A stretch of 64,000 nucleotides of DNA from an uncultured Elusimicrobiales bacterium (GCA_944327085.1 CALVGG010000003.1:134688-198687); one strand, 5' to 3'; shown: positions 26,804 to 36,296, numbered from the stretch's first letter. Program-made: numbers and translations. The notes: generated by a model not told the origin, from the letters alone.

Positions 26804-28438
26804 TTATTTGGGACGGGAGACAAAAGGTTTTCGGTCCGGATGTTTGCCAGTGGGAACCAGTTCCACCTCGTCCACCAGCAAAGAAGGAACGATAAAAGAA
26901 CGGGCGGGATCCGCCCCTTCCGGAAGGTTGAATATGGTTTCATCATCCCCGGCGGCCAATATATCACGCAAAGAGCGGGAAGTAAAATTCTGCAATTTGG
27001 CGCCGTATACTTGTTCTTTGCGTCCGTCTTTTACATACAGGCGGGTGATATTGGGCAGTTCGTCCGTGGCGTTTGGCATGGACTCCACAATATAACCATA
27101 TTCCAAGTCTAATTCCCGGCAACGGTCCAATAATTTTTGTTCCAACTCCTGTTGGGTAAAAGTTTCCTGCGGGGTAATAAATAAATTGGTTACTCCGGCC
27201 CGCGGGCGCTGGCGGAATGAAGCCCGCGCATGGCCGTTGCTCTTTTTACGCCCTTGGGTTAAACTGCGGCTAAAAGGCAAATCCAGCAGTTTGCCGTTGC
27301 TTACCAGAAGCAAATTCTCAGCGGGTACGCCTTCCGCATCCACCGGGGAAAACCCGGCCAAAGCCACACCTTTATACTCCTGCAAAAGCGGTTTATCCTC
27401 TACCGTAAACTGCTTGGCAAAAACACGCTGGCCGATTTTATCTTTAAATCCGCCGGCGGTAAGGTCTTCGCCCTTTTCCTGCAGCAAAGGTTTGGTGTTG
27501 GACACATTGGCCGCAAACAATACATCCATCATTTCCTGTGCGGCGGCCGGTTTAAACAAAACCGGGCCCACATAAGGAGTGGCTTTTTTGGCATCGTACC
27601 CGTCATTTACCTGTTTATAAAAAGCATCCGCCTTTTTAAGCAGTTCTTCTTTGGAAGGCAAACCGCCCTGGGTATAGACCCATTCCGTAGACGGCTTTTG
27701 TTTAAAGCCGTCTTTATTGCGTATTTGGGCGCTTAAAGTTACGCTTCCCCAAGAGATATTTAAACGCTGCTTGCCCCCCTGGCTGTTTAAATACCACATC
27801 ATGCCGGGCACAATGTGAATATTTGCCGCGGCTTCTTCCAAATGCGGATATTTTTTTGCCACGGCGGAAAGTTCTTTTACCAAATCTTCATAATATGCAT
27901 GGTTCGGCTGCTGCCACGGAAATACCGGCGCCAAAAACTCACCTTGCTTGGCGGGGGCAAAATCGGGCGATTTATCCGTCAGGTTCTTTTGGCGTAAGAA
28001 AGCCTGCTTTTGGAAAAACATTTCTATCATTTCCCGGTATTCCAAATCCGTCACGTTCCACAGCCCCAGGCGCAAGGCGTCATATCCATCCCCCATTTTA
28101 AATTCTTCGTTGGGGGCATAAAAATAATAGTAGTTGTGCATAAAGCCGTTGCTGTTTTCTTTTGCATTTCCCACCACCATATGTGTGCGCCCCACCAAAA
28201 GTGCAAAAGGGATGGTGTCGGAGCTGCTAAAAGTAAGGTCCCCCCATAAAGACTCATAGCTCAACGTTTGGGTTTTCTTTATCCAATAAGACGTAAAATA
28301 CGGGCGCGGAGCATCCGGGATTTTCAGTTCCTTTTGCGTGCGGGAGAGCTCGTCCTGCATGGCTTTAAAGTATACGTCTTCCTGCGCAAAAACGAATGCA
28401 GGTGTTAATAATAAAAGGAATATAAACAGTTTTTTCAT
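26804..28438 (-). CDS. Exported TldE/PmbA-like protein (TldD/PmbA superfamily, no HExxxH)
   Basis: Signal peptide MKKLFIFLLLLTPAFVFA. Its length and C-terminal region resemble the upstream TldD-like paralogue, and an ATGA overlap links the two genes. Confidence 0.6.
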   Translation of the reverse strand: MKKLFIFLLLLTPAFVFAQEDVYFKAMQDELSRTQKELKIPDAPRPYFTSYWIKKTQTLSYESLWGDLTFSSSDTIPFALLVGRTHMVVGNAKENSNGFMHNYYYFYAPNEEFKMGDGYDALRLGLWNVTDLEYREMIEMFFQKQAFLRQKNLTDKSPDFAPAKQGEFLAPVFPWQQPNHAYYEDLVKELSAVAKKYPHLEEAAANIHIVPGMMWYLNSQGGKQRLNISWGSVTLSAQIRNKDGFKQKPSTEWVYTQGGLPSKEELLKKADAFYKQVNDGYDAKKATPYVGPVLFKPAAAQEMMDVLFAANVSNTKPLLQEKGEDLTAGGFKDKIGQRVFAKQFTVEDKPLLQEYKGVALAGFSPVDAEGVPAENLLLVSNGKLLDLPFSRSLTQGRKKSNGHARASFRQRPRAGVTNLFITPQETFTQQELEQKLLDRCRELDLEYGYIVESMPNATDELPNITRLYVKDGRKEQVYGAKLQNFTSRSLRDILAAGDDETIFNLPEGADPARSFIVPSLLVDEVELVPTGKHPDRKPFVSRPK

Positions 28439-30138
28439 TTTTTACCTCCTTGGGAGGAGCTTTCCGCATACGGCGGGCGCAAAATGGGCGGCTTGGAAGG
28501 GTTTTTATGTACTTTTTCCACTTCCATTTCCGACACTAAAATACTGGGCGACACGGCCGACACCGGCACCCAGCCCGATTCGGCCCCGCAGCTTCCGTTA
28601 AAAACGGCATAATCATCTGCCGCGGCAATGACCTTGCTAAAACTGGTTAAAGGGGTGCCCACCAAATCCACCCCGCGCACGATTTCTTTGTGCCCGTCCG
28701 GATAGATTTTATACACCAAAAGCGGGTTTACCTTAAAGGCCTGCGGGGCGGAGGTTTCCGTCATGGTAAAACCGCCGGATATATCTTCAATAATCAAACC
28801 ATACGGTTTGTTCTGGCGTTTAATTTCCGCTAACAGTTGTTTTTCCAACTCCTCGTAAGAAACGGCTTTTACCGGCGTGATAATGGTGTTGCCCATGCGC
28901 GATACGGCGCGGTAGCCAAATTCCTTACGGCCGTGCCCGTTGGACTGAGAAAAGTTTTTAATGGGGCTGGAACTCATTAAGAAATTTTTTAATATGCCTT
29001 TTTCAATCAATGTTACATTTTGGGCGGGGTTGCCTTCGTCATCAAACAAGTAATACCCGCGCAAAGGCACACCCTGGAATTGGGAAAGAAGGGGGTTGTC
29101 GCTCACGTTTAAAATGGGCGAAACAACCTGCTTGCCTACCCGGTTGGTAAAGGTTTGGCCAAAAGAATCACTCTTTTGGCGGTGGCCCTCCAAGCGGTGG
29201 CCTAAAATTTCGTGAAAGAACACCCCGCTGGCGCGGTTTTTTAAAATAACCGGCCCGGTGTAAGGCTCCATAGCGGGGGCAGCCAGCAAGGCTTTTAACT
29301 CTTGCACCATGAGGGCAAAGTCTTCCTTCATGGTTTCCAGGGAGGGGAAGTCTTCCATCTTTACCCCGTCATAAATTGCATTTCGCTCCAGAATCATCCC
29401 CTCCGGGGTTTGGGCTTGAATCATAAAAGAATACCGGCCCAATATGCGGGGGGTGCGCAGGCGGCTGCCCACGCTGTTTACAAAGAAGGTATCCTCCTGC
29501 GAAAGGGAAAACGCAAACGCACTTTTATCTATAAAATCATATTCTTTCACTAAGGCGGAAATTTCTTTCAAACGGTTTGCTATTTCTTGGCGGTCATAAG
29601 TTATTTCCGGGTGGGTTTGGCAAAAAAGCTGTTTTTGCGGCGGGACGAAATCGTCCGACGGGTCCAAACTGGCGGAAGAAACCTGCTTGTTGCTAACCAC
29701 ATTATTATAATCGTCTTGGGCTTTTTCCACCGCTTTCTGCGTGGAGCGCCACAATAAATGGCGCAAAGCACGCCGGGACTTTTGATCCGTAGGAACCACG
29801 CCCCCCTCCAGCCTGTATTTATTCCAAAAGCCCTTTAATTCGTGGGTGTTATCCGTCTGGGCGCTGCCCACGCGTGCGTCCACATCCAACCAGCCGTAGA
29901 TTCCTTTTGTATTTTGGCTTAAATCCCCCGCCACCGCTATTAAATTTAATTCCTTCATAACCCTTAACTGGTAGGACAAATAATAAACAGGCGGTTTTTG
30001 TTTTTTAAGTGTTTTAAAGTTACGCATAAGTTCATTGGAAAGAATCTCAAGCATAGGGTCTTTTTGGGCGTTGCACTCGGCGGCGTGCCCCGCAAAAGAA
30101 GAAACAAACAAAACAAACAGTAAAAACAGTTTTTTCAT
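28435..30138 (-). CDS. Exported TldD-like zinc metalloprotease
   Basis: Signal peptide MKKLFLLFVLFVSSFAGHA. Metal site FFHEILGHRLEGH (HExxxH). C-terminal GSCGAESGWVPV is typical of TldD/PmbA. Confidence 0.8.
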   Translation of the reverse strand: MKKLFLLFVLFVSSFAGHAAECNAQKDPMLEILSNELMRNFKTLKKQKPPVYYLSYQLRVMKELNLIAVAGDLSQNTKGIYGWLDVDARVGSAQTDNTHELKGFWNKYRLEGGVVPTDQKSRRALRHLLWRSTQKAVEKAQDDYNNVVSNKQVSSASLDPSDDFVPPQKQLFCQTHPEITYDRQEIANRLKEISALVKEYDFIDKSAFAFSLSQEDTFFVNSVGSRLRTPRILGRYSFMIQAQTPEGMILERNAIYDGVKMEDFPSLETMKEDFALMVQELKALLAAPAMEPYTGPVILKNRASGVFFHEILGHRLEGHRQKSDSFGQTFTNRVGKQVVSPILNVSDNPLLSQFQGVPLRGYYLFDDEGNPAQNVTLIEKGILKNFLMSSSPIKNFSQSNGHGRKEFGYRAVSRMGNTIITPVKAVSYEELEKQLLAEIKRQNKPYGLIIEDISGGFTMTETSAPQAFKVNPLLVYKIYPDGHKEIVRGVDLVGTPLTSFSKVIAAADDYAVFNGSCGAESGWVPVSAVSPSILVSEMEVEKVHKNPSKPPILRPPYAESSSQGGKK

Positions 30139-30200
30139 AAAATCCCCCTATTGCAGTATTGTAGCATAATATATTTACGCACAGGCGGGCCGGCTGCCGG

Positions 30201-30229
30201 TTGGCCTTTACCCTTAAAAATGCTAGAAT
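30201..30229 (+). promoter_or_regulatory. Promoter TTGGCC-17-(TGC)TAGAAT for tRNA-Thr
   Basis: -35 at 30201..30206 and extended -10 TGCTAGAAT at 30221..30229. The tRNA begins 16 nt downstream. Confidence 0.6.
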
Positions 30230-30244
30230 AAGTTGTTCTTACGT

Positions 30245-30317
30245 GCCGAGATAGCTCAACTGGCAGAGCAACGGTTTTGTAAACCGTAGGTTGTGGGTTC
30301 GACTCCCATTCTCGGCT
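30245..30317 (+). tRNA. tRNA-Thr (anticodon UGU)
   Basis: 73-nt cloverleaf folded by hand: acceptor GCCGAGA/TCTCGGC, D stem GCTC/GAGC, anticodon stem ACGGT/ACCGT with loop TTTGTAA, T arm GTGGG-TTCGACT-CCCAT. CCA is not encoded. Confidence 0.9.
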
Positions 30318-30329
30318 TTTTTCTTTCAT

Positions 30330-30349
30330 CCGCCTATGGCGGTTTTTTT
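30330..30349 (+). terminator. Intrinsic terminator after the tRNA
   Basis: CCGCC-TAT-GGCGG followed by TTTTTTT. Confidence 0.7.
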
Positions 30350-30385
30350 ATGGCAAAGTACAGCCAAAAGTTCATTTTCCTAAAT

Positions 30386-30394
30386 TGCTATAAT
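30386..30394 (+). promoter_or_regulatory. Extended -10 promoter TGCTATAAT for terC
   Basis: TGn plus a perfect TATAAT, 34 nt upstream of the ATG at 30428, with a GGAGAA RBS between. Confidence 0.55.
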
Positions 30395-30427
30395 GAAATA
30401 TATCTTTAATATTGGAGAAGAAAATTA

Positions 30428-31372
30428 ATGGAACCTGTTACCACTTCCGTTTCCGTGGCCATGTGGATTGCTTTTTGGGTAATTGTATTGGCCGCTTTAT
30501 TTATTGACTTAGCCGTTTTAAATAAACACCACGGCAAAGTATCTATTAAAGACGCGGCCGTAATGGTTTGCGCCTGGGTGTCTTTGGCTGTGCTGTTTGG
30601 CGGAGCCATCTGGCTGGTGGAAGGGCCCAACCACGCGCTGGAATTTTTTACCGGGTATGTGTTGGAATATTCCCTGTCCGTGGATAATATGTTTGTGTTT
30701 ATTATGATTTTCGGCTATTTTGCCATACCGGCCCACCTGCAGCCTAAAGCCTTGCTGTGGGGTATTTTGGGCGCGGTGGTCATGCGTTTTATATTCATTT
30801 TTATAGGGGTAAAGCTGATTTCTGCCTTTTCGTGGACGATTTACGTCTTTGGCGCCCTGCTTATTTTTACCGCGGCCAAAATGCTGCTGCAGAAAGAAGA
30901 CGATAATTTTGACCCCAGCCAATCTTTTATTTTAAAAGTATTTAAAAAAATTATGCCCATCAAGACCGACTATCACGGCGAAAACTTCTTTATTAAAGAA
31001 GCGGGCAAATGGCTGGCCACCCCGCTGTTTGCCACCGTATTGGTTATTGAAATGTCCGACCTTATTTTTGCGGTGGACTCTATTCCCGCGGTGCTGTCCA
31101 TCACACAGGACACGTTTTTGGTGTATTCTTCCAATATTTTTGCCATTATCGGGCTGCGCTCTCTGTACTTTCTGCTGTCCGGCATGGCCACCAAATTCCC
31201 GTATCTTAAATACGGCATTTCGGTCATTTTGTTCTTTGTGGGCGTAAAGATGTTAGTCAGCCGGTTTTGGCATATACCGGTGGTGGCGTCTTTAGGCGTT
31301 ATTGTGGGCATTTTGGCCATTTCCATACTGGCCAGCCGCATGTTCCCCCCGAAAGAAGAACAAGCCCGGTAA
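30428..31372 (+). CDS. terC: TerC-family integral membrane protein
   Basis: Polytopic, with YVLEYSLSVDNMFVF and IFAVDSIPAVL motifs typical of TerC/Alx. Confidence 0.8.
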   Translation: MEPVTTSVSVAMWIAFWVIVLAALFIDLAVLNKHHGKVSIKDAAVMVCAWVSLAVLFGGAIWLVEGPNHALEFFTGYVLEYSLSVDNMFVFIMIFGYFAIPAHLQPKALLWGILGAVVMRFIFIFIGVKLISAFSWTIYVFGALLIFTAAKMLLQKEDDNFDPSQSFILKVFKKIMPIKTDYHGENFFIKEAGKWLATPLFATVLVIEMSDLIFAVDSIPAVLSITQDTFLVYSSNIFAIIGLRSLYFLLSGMATKFPYLKYGISVILFFVGVKMLVSRFWHIPVVASLGVIVGILAISILASRMFPPKEEQAR

Positions 31373-31377
31373 CGGGG

Positions 31378-31406
31378 TAGACAAAACGGCCCGGATTTAC
31401 TAGAAT
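31378..31406 (+). promoter_or_regulatory. Promoter TAGACA-17-TAGAAT for rpmB
   Basis: -35 at 31378..31383 and -10 at 31401..31406, 40 nt upstream of the ATG. RBS AAGGAAGG. Confidence 0.5.
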
Positions 31407-31445
31407 ATAAAGACCAAATTTAATTCAGTTATAAGGAAGGAAACT

Positions 31446-31640
31446 ATGGCGTATAAATGTGCAGTGTGTGGCAAAGCCCCGGTATCCGGCGGTTCTTACA
31501 GCCACTCTAACCTGAGAACAAAAAGAAGCTTTAAGCCCAACTTGCAAAAACAAAAAGTGATGTTGGACGGCAAAGCACAGACTGCGTATGTTTGCACCGT
31601 CTGCATCAAAAGCGGCCGTGCAGCCAGACCTACCAAATAG
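31446..31640 (+). CDS. rpmB: 50S ribosomal protein L28
   Basis: MAYKCAVCGKAPVSGGSYSHSNLRTKRSFKPNLQKQKV... is the canonical L28 N-terminus. Confidence 0.9.
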   Translation: MAYKCAVCGKAPVSGGSYSHSNLRTKRSFKPNLQKQKVMLDGKAQTAYVCTVCIKSGRAARPTK

Positions 31641-31663
31641 TCATACTTTTTGCGCATTCAATC

Positions 31664-31696
31664 AGCCCGTGCTTTCTATTAGTGCGGGCTTTTTTT
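31664..31696 (+). terminator. Intrinsic terminator after rpmB
   Basis: AGCCCG / CGGGCT stem followed by TTTTTTT. Confidence 0.7.
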
Positions 31697-31715
31697 GCTA
31701 AGTAGAGGAAACGGC

Positions 31716-34079
31716 TTGATTAATTTTTATAAAACAACTATGGGGCTGGGGGCTGTATTGCTGCTGGCCCAACCTATATTTGCCGCTGAGGTTCTGCAAG
31801 AAGAGGTAGACCCCAACGGCCCGTGGATGATTTGCGAAATTAACGTAACCGGGCTGCGCAATATTTCCAAAAGTACGGTTACTAAAGCCGCGCACGCCAA
31901 AAAAGGCACTCTGTATGAACGCTACAGCGTAACCGACGATATACACGATATTTCCGCCCTGGGCAATTTTGACCAGGTGCAAGTGGATATTTCCCGCATT
32001 TCCGGCACTAAAAAAGACAAACAATTTTTTGAAGAATACCCCTGCCACCGCATTACTTATATGGTGCAGGAAAAACCCATTTTTGACCGCCTAACCTACG
32101 AAGGCCGCAACCACCTGGGCAAAGGGACCATTACCCAGGCCATGACCTTAAAATTAAAAGACCCCTTTAACCAAGCCAAGCTGGACCTGGACCTGGAACG
32201 CATCAAAGCCAAATATGCCGAAAAAGGCTATGTAAACGCCCAAATTAAGTACGAAATCACCCCCGTAGAAAAAGACAACACCGTAGAAGTAAAGTTAATT
32301 ATTGACGAAGGGGAACGCACCCGCGTGGAAGCCGTGCATTTAAACGGCGTGAAAGAACTCCCGGCGGATAAACTGCTTAAAAAAGCTTCCAACCGCCCGG
32401 GCAAAGTTTATAAACCCCAAAATTTACAAAAAGATTACGTAAAAATGATGCTTTTTGGGCGGGATAAAGGCTACGCCCAGTTTATGATGAGCGAACCCAA
32501 ACTGCAATATAATGACGACAAGTCCCTCATCACCATTACTTATGACATTACCGAAGGCCCCAAAGTGAACTTCGGCGAAACTTCTTTTGAAGGCAGCAAT
32601 GTTTTTACTACCGAAGAATTAAACGAAAAAATTTATTATCGCCAAGGCAAACTGTATAATCAAAAAGATTTTGAAGATACCGTTGCCGCCATACAGGAAG
32701 CTTATGCCGACAAAGGCTACCTGCAGGCCCGCGTAAACCCGCAGTATGACGTGCAAAACGGGATATTAAACATCCGTTTTGATATATCCGAAGGCGGCAT
32801 TTTCTACATTGATAATGTGGACGTAACCGGTTACGGAAAAACCAAAAAATACGTTTTTACGCGGGAAATATCCATTAAACCCGGCGACTTGTACGACGCG
32901 GCCAAAATACGCCGCAGCCAAACCAAAATTATGAATTTGGGCTTTGTGAACGACGTGCAAATAGACCTCCAGCCCACCGCAGACCCCCAAAAGGTGGACC
33001 TGGGCTTTAATATTGTGGAAGGCCGCCCGGGTATGTTCCAGGCGGGGTTGGCCATGTCGTCCTTAGACGGGTTATACGGGGAAGTTTCCGTAAACCACTT
33101 AAACTTTTTAAACCGCGCGCAGCGCCTGTCTTTACGTACCTTGTTTGGGGAAGACATTTTGGATTACACGGTCAGCTGGTCCACCCCCTGGATTTATGAT
33201 AAGCCTACGTCCCTGGGGATAGATTTATTCAGCACCCGCCGCTACCGCTCTTTCTCCACCGATGACCAAGCCTATACCGAAAAACGCACCGGCGGCCGCT
33301 TAAAAATAGGCCCGCGCTTTAATGACGATATTTACCAACTCAGCTTTGGCTACTCGTTTGAAAATATTGACATTTATGATATTGACAATCAATTTGTCTG
33401 CCCTGCCGGCGTGAATCGGCCGGGTTGTATTCAGGAAGGAGACACCTATGTCTCCACCCTCAGCACGGATTTTGCCGTAGATACCCGTGATAATATTTGG
33501 GATCCTACATCCGGTTGGCGCAACTCTTTAGGGTTGGCCCTGGCCGGCGGCCCCGTCGGCGGGGATTTGGATTTGTGGTATTTTAACGCCCGCTCCGTAT
33601 TTAACTATACGGTGCTGAATGTGGGCGGCAATTACCCCATTGTGTTTGTGTTGTCCAACAAAATAGGCTCCGTTCAGCCTTACGGCCGCACCAAAGAAGT
33701 TCCCCCCTATGAAAAGTTTTTCTTAGGCGGTGCCGATACCATCCGCGGTTATGACCGCGCCGGCGAAGTAGGGCCCGAATACGGCGGCGATATGTACTAT
33801 GTAATGAATGCCGAGCTGCGCTTCCCCATTGCGCGGGAAGGACGGCGCAACATGGCGCAGTTTGCGTTCTTCTTTGATTTGGGTAACTCCTGGAATAAAT
33901 TTGACGAGATTGACTTTAGCCTGGGGCCGGATTCCAAACAATTCAAAGCCGGCGTAGGTGTGGGGCTGCGCTTTACCACCCCCGCCCTGCCCATACGTAT
34001 AGACTGGGGTTACGGTTTGAACCATAAAAACGGGGAAGACCGCTCCCACTTCTATTTTAATATGTCTAATATGATGTAG
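31716..34079 (+). CDS. bamA: Outer membrane protein assembly factor BamA (POTRA repeats plus Omp85 barrel)
   Basis: About 790 aa with repeated POTRA-like segments, the barrel motif FFLGGADTIRGY and a C-terminal ...HFYFNMSNMM. The TTG at 31716 is 5 nt after GAGGAA; the alternative ATG is at 31740. Confidence 0.85.
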   Translation: MINFYKTTMGLGAVLLLAQPIFAAEVLQEEVDPNGPWMICEINVTGLRNISKSTVTKAAHAKKGTLYERYSVTDDIHDISALGNFDQVQVDISRISGTKKDKQFFEEYPCHRITYMVQEKPIFDRLTYEGRNHLGKGTITQAMTLKLKDPFNQAKLDLDLERIKAKYAEKGYVNAQIKYEITPVEKDNTVEVKLIIDEGERTRVEAVHLNGVKELPADKLLKKASNRPGKVYKPQNLQKDYVKMMLFGRDKGYAQFMMSEPKLQYNDDKSLITITYDITEGPKVNFGETSFEGSNVFTTEELNEKIYYRQGKLYNQKDFEDTVAAIQEAYADKGYLQARVNPQYDVQNGILNIRFDISEGGIFYIDNVDVTGYGKTKKYVFTREISIKPGDLYDAAKIRRSQTKIMNLGFVNDVQIDLQPTADPQKVDLGFNIVEGRPGMFQAGLAMSSLDGLYGEVSVNHLNFLNRAQRLSLRTLFGEDILDYTVSWSTPWIYDKPTSLGIDLFSTRRYRSFSTDDQAYTEKRTGGRLKIGPRFNDDIYQLSFGYSFENIDIYDIDNQFVCPAGVNRPGCIQEGDTYVSTLSTDFAVDTRDNIWDPTSGWRNSLGLALAGGPVGGDLDLWYFNARSVFNYTVLNVGGNYPIVFVLSNKIGSVQPYGRTKEVPPYEKFFLGGADTIRGYDRAGEVGPEYGGDMYYVMNAELRFPIAREGRRNMAQFAFFFDLGNSWNKFDEIDFSLGPDSKQFKAGVGVGLRFTTPALPIRIDWGYGLNHKNGEDRSHFYFNMSNMM

Positions 34080-34086
34080 GCCTGAT

Positions 34087-35202
34087 ATGAACACATACAA
34101 AGGCGTTTTTACTTTATTGGTCTTAACAGCGGCTTTAACCGCCTGGGGGGATGAGCTGGCCTTAACCCCGCAGGAAGCCGCCGTGGTGCAAGCCATTAAA
34201 GCCCAAAACGCCTCTGCCTCTGCCCCTATGCAGGCCCCGGCCGAAGACGCCGGCACCCAACCGGTAGACGAGGACACCATTAAACTCTCCGATGCGACCA
34301 AACAACAAGCATTTGCCGAAACTCCTTCCCCGCTCCCGCCGGAACCGGCCGAAAACCTGCCCCAAACGGCAGGCACCCAAACACCGGCCCCCGCCGGCCA
34401 GGCAAACACCCAAACACAAACGGCTTTAGCGGGGCAGACACAAACCGAAGCCCAGCCAACGCCGCAAACGCCCGGGCAAGCCCCTGCGCAGGCCGTTCAG
34501 CCGGAGGGCGCAACCCAACCGGCCGCCACGCCCGAAGACGAAGAGGAAGACCTTTCCAAATATGCCGATAAATGCCTTACCGTGGCCTATGTGGATATAG
34601 ACGAAGCCTTCAACAAACACCCGCGCACGGTGGCAGTAAAAGAACAAATACACCTTAAAATTTTAGCCAAAGAACAGGAAGTGGAAAGCGCCAAACAGAT
34701 TATTTCCACCCTCACGGCTGAAAACAATATGCTTTCCGCCCAGTTGCTGCAATTAAAACCGTTTTATGAACGCATTGTGGTACAGCCGCAGGAATTTGAA
34801 CCCAAAATAGAAGAGAAGGCGGATTCTTTACTGCTGGGCAACATTATTAACCGGTTGATCTTTTCCGGGGCAGAAGTGATTACTACCTCCCCCCTAAACA
34901 CGCCGGAAGAGCTGGACGATGTAACCGCGCGCATTGCAGCCAATAAAAAAATTATTGCGGAAAGAAGCTTTTTTATTGATAATTATAAATATACCACCCG
35001 GGAAGAAATTTTAAAACTGGAAGAAAAAGAAGTAAAAGAAATACTGAAGGACATTTACACCGAAATAAAATCTTTCGCCAAAAAAAGAAACATCGGCGCG
35101 GTGGTACGTAAGGACGAAGTTTTATACGGGGATAAACCCGTTAATGTAACCAAAGATTTTATCAACCGGTTAAAAAAATCTAAAAAGTACCGCAAAAAAT
35201 AG
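34087..35202 (+). CDS. Skp/OmpH-like periplasmic chaperone with a long Pro/Gln/Thr/Ala-rich N-terminal extension
   Basis: Signal peptide. OmpH-like VAYVDIDEAFNKHPRTVAVKEQI... and C-terminal ...FAKKRNIGAVVRKDEVLYGDKPVNVTKDFINRL. Located between bamA and lpxD. Confidence 0.65.
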   Translation: MNTYKGVFTLLVLTAALTAWGDELALTPQEAAVVQAIKAQNASASAPMQAPAEDAGTQPVDEDTIKLSDATKQQAFAETPSPLPPEPAENLPQTAGTQTPAPAGQANTQTQTALAGQTQTEAQPTPQTPGQAPAQAVQPEGATQPAATPEDEEEDLSKYADKCLTVAYVDIDEAFNKHPRTVAVKEQIHLKILAKEQEVESAKQIISTLTAENNMLSAQLLQLKPFYERIVVQPQEFEPKIEEKADSLLLGNIINRLIFSGAEVITTSPLNTPEELDDVTARIAANKKIIAERSFFIDNYKYTTREEILKLEEKEVKEILKDIYTEIKSFAKKRNIGAVVRKDEVLYGDKPVNVTKDFINRLKKSKKYRKK

Positions 35203-35219
35203 TGCGGCCAAGAGGTATT

Positions 35220-36293
35220 ATGAACATCACTTTAAAAGAAGCCGCCCGCATTGCCCAGTGTGAAACCGCGGGAGATGAAAACTTTGTATTGCGCCAATTG
35301 TGCGCCTTGGACGAACCCAAAGAAGACGGTATCTGCTATTTAACCCATTTAGAAAAGCCCGAACTGCTGCAAAATTTAAAAGCCGGCTGTGTTATTTTGC
35401 CGTTGGAAGCCAAAGGCAAAGAACTGCCCTTTAAAGGCAACATACTGTATGCGCAAAACCCGGAGTGGGCTTTTATTTTACTGTTAAAATATGTGGATTC
35501 CCTGCGCGTAAAATATACGCCCGGCATTCACCCCACGGCCGTGGTCAGCCCGTCGGCCAATATCGGGGCCAACGTAAGCATTGGTGCGTACAGCGTGGTG
35601 GAGGATGATGCCGTCATCGGGGAAAATACCGTCATTTACCCGCAATGCTACATAGGCAAAAACGTGCACATTGGCAAAAATTGCCTGATTTACCCGCAAG
35701 TAGTCATACGGGAGGACTGCGTACTCAAAGATTTTGTTATTTTACAGGCGGGGGCCAAAATCGGTTCGGACGGGTTTGGCTTCTCCTTCCACGACGGGCG
35801 ACACCAAAAAATACCGCAAATCGGCAATGTAATTATTGAAAGCGATGTGGAAATACAGTCCAACACCTGTATAGACCGGGCCAAAATTTCCAGCACGGTC
35901 ATCGGCGCCAATACAAAAATTGACAACCTGGTTCAGGTGGGCCACAACGTAAAAGTGGGCATGAGCAGCATTATGTGCGCCCAGGTAGGCGTGGCTGGCA
36001 CCACCGATATCGGTAACGGCGTTATTTTGGCCGGGCAAGTGGGCTTGGCCGGGCATATGAAAATTGGCGACCGCGCCCAAGTGGGTGCCCAATCCGGCGT
36101 GATGAACAGCATCCCCGCCGGGCAGACTTACTTCGGCTACCCCGCCATGCCGCAAAAAGAGGCTTTCCGCCAGCTGGCCATTTTGCGCAAACTGCCGGAA
36201 ATGTATAAGGAAATAAAAGAATTTAAAAAACAGTTATCCCAAACCAAAAAGTTGTCCCTCTTTGGGAAAATCAAAAAACTAGCAGGAAAATAA
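35220..36293 (+). CDS. lpxD: UDP-3-O-acylglucosamine N-acyltransferase
   Basis: Left-handed beta-helix hexapeptide repeats and the position in the lipid A cluster. The ATG at 35220 follows AGAGG. Confidence 0.85.
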   Translation: MNITLKEAARIAQCETAGDENFVLRQLCALDEPKEDGICYLTHLEKPELLQNLKAGCVILPLEAKGKELPFKGNILYAQNPEWAFILLLKYVDSLRVKYTPGIHPTAVVSPSANIGANVSIGAYSVVEDDAVIGENTVIYPQCYIGKNVHIGKNCLIYPQVVIREDCVLKDFVILQAGAKIGSDGFGFSFHDGRHQKIPQIGNVIIESDVEIQSNTCIDRAKISSTVIGANTKIDNLVQVGHNVKVGMSSIMCAQVGVAGTTDIGNGVILAGQVGLAGHMKIGDRAQVGAQSGVMNSIPAGQTYFGYPAMPQKEAFRQLAILRKLPEMYKEIKEFKKQLSQTKKLSLFGKIKKLAGK

Positions 36294-36296
36294 TTT

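Noticed and set aside
30350-30427. A yybP-ykoY (Mn2+) riboswitch upstream of terC, which is a common association.
   Set aside because: The leader is only about 34 nt downstream of the predicted -10 and is AT-rich. It lacks the conserved GGGGAGUAG and GAGACA-type segments.
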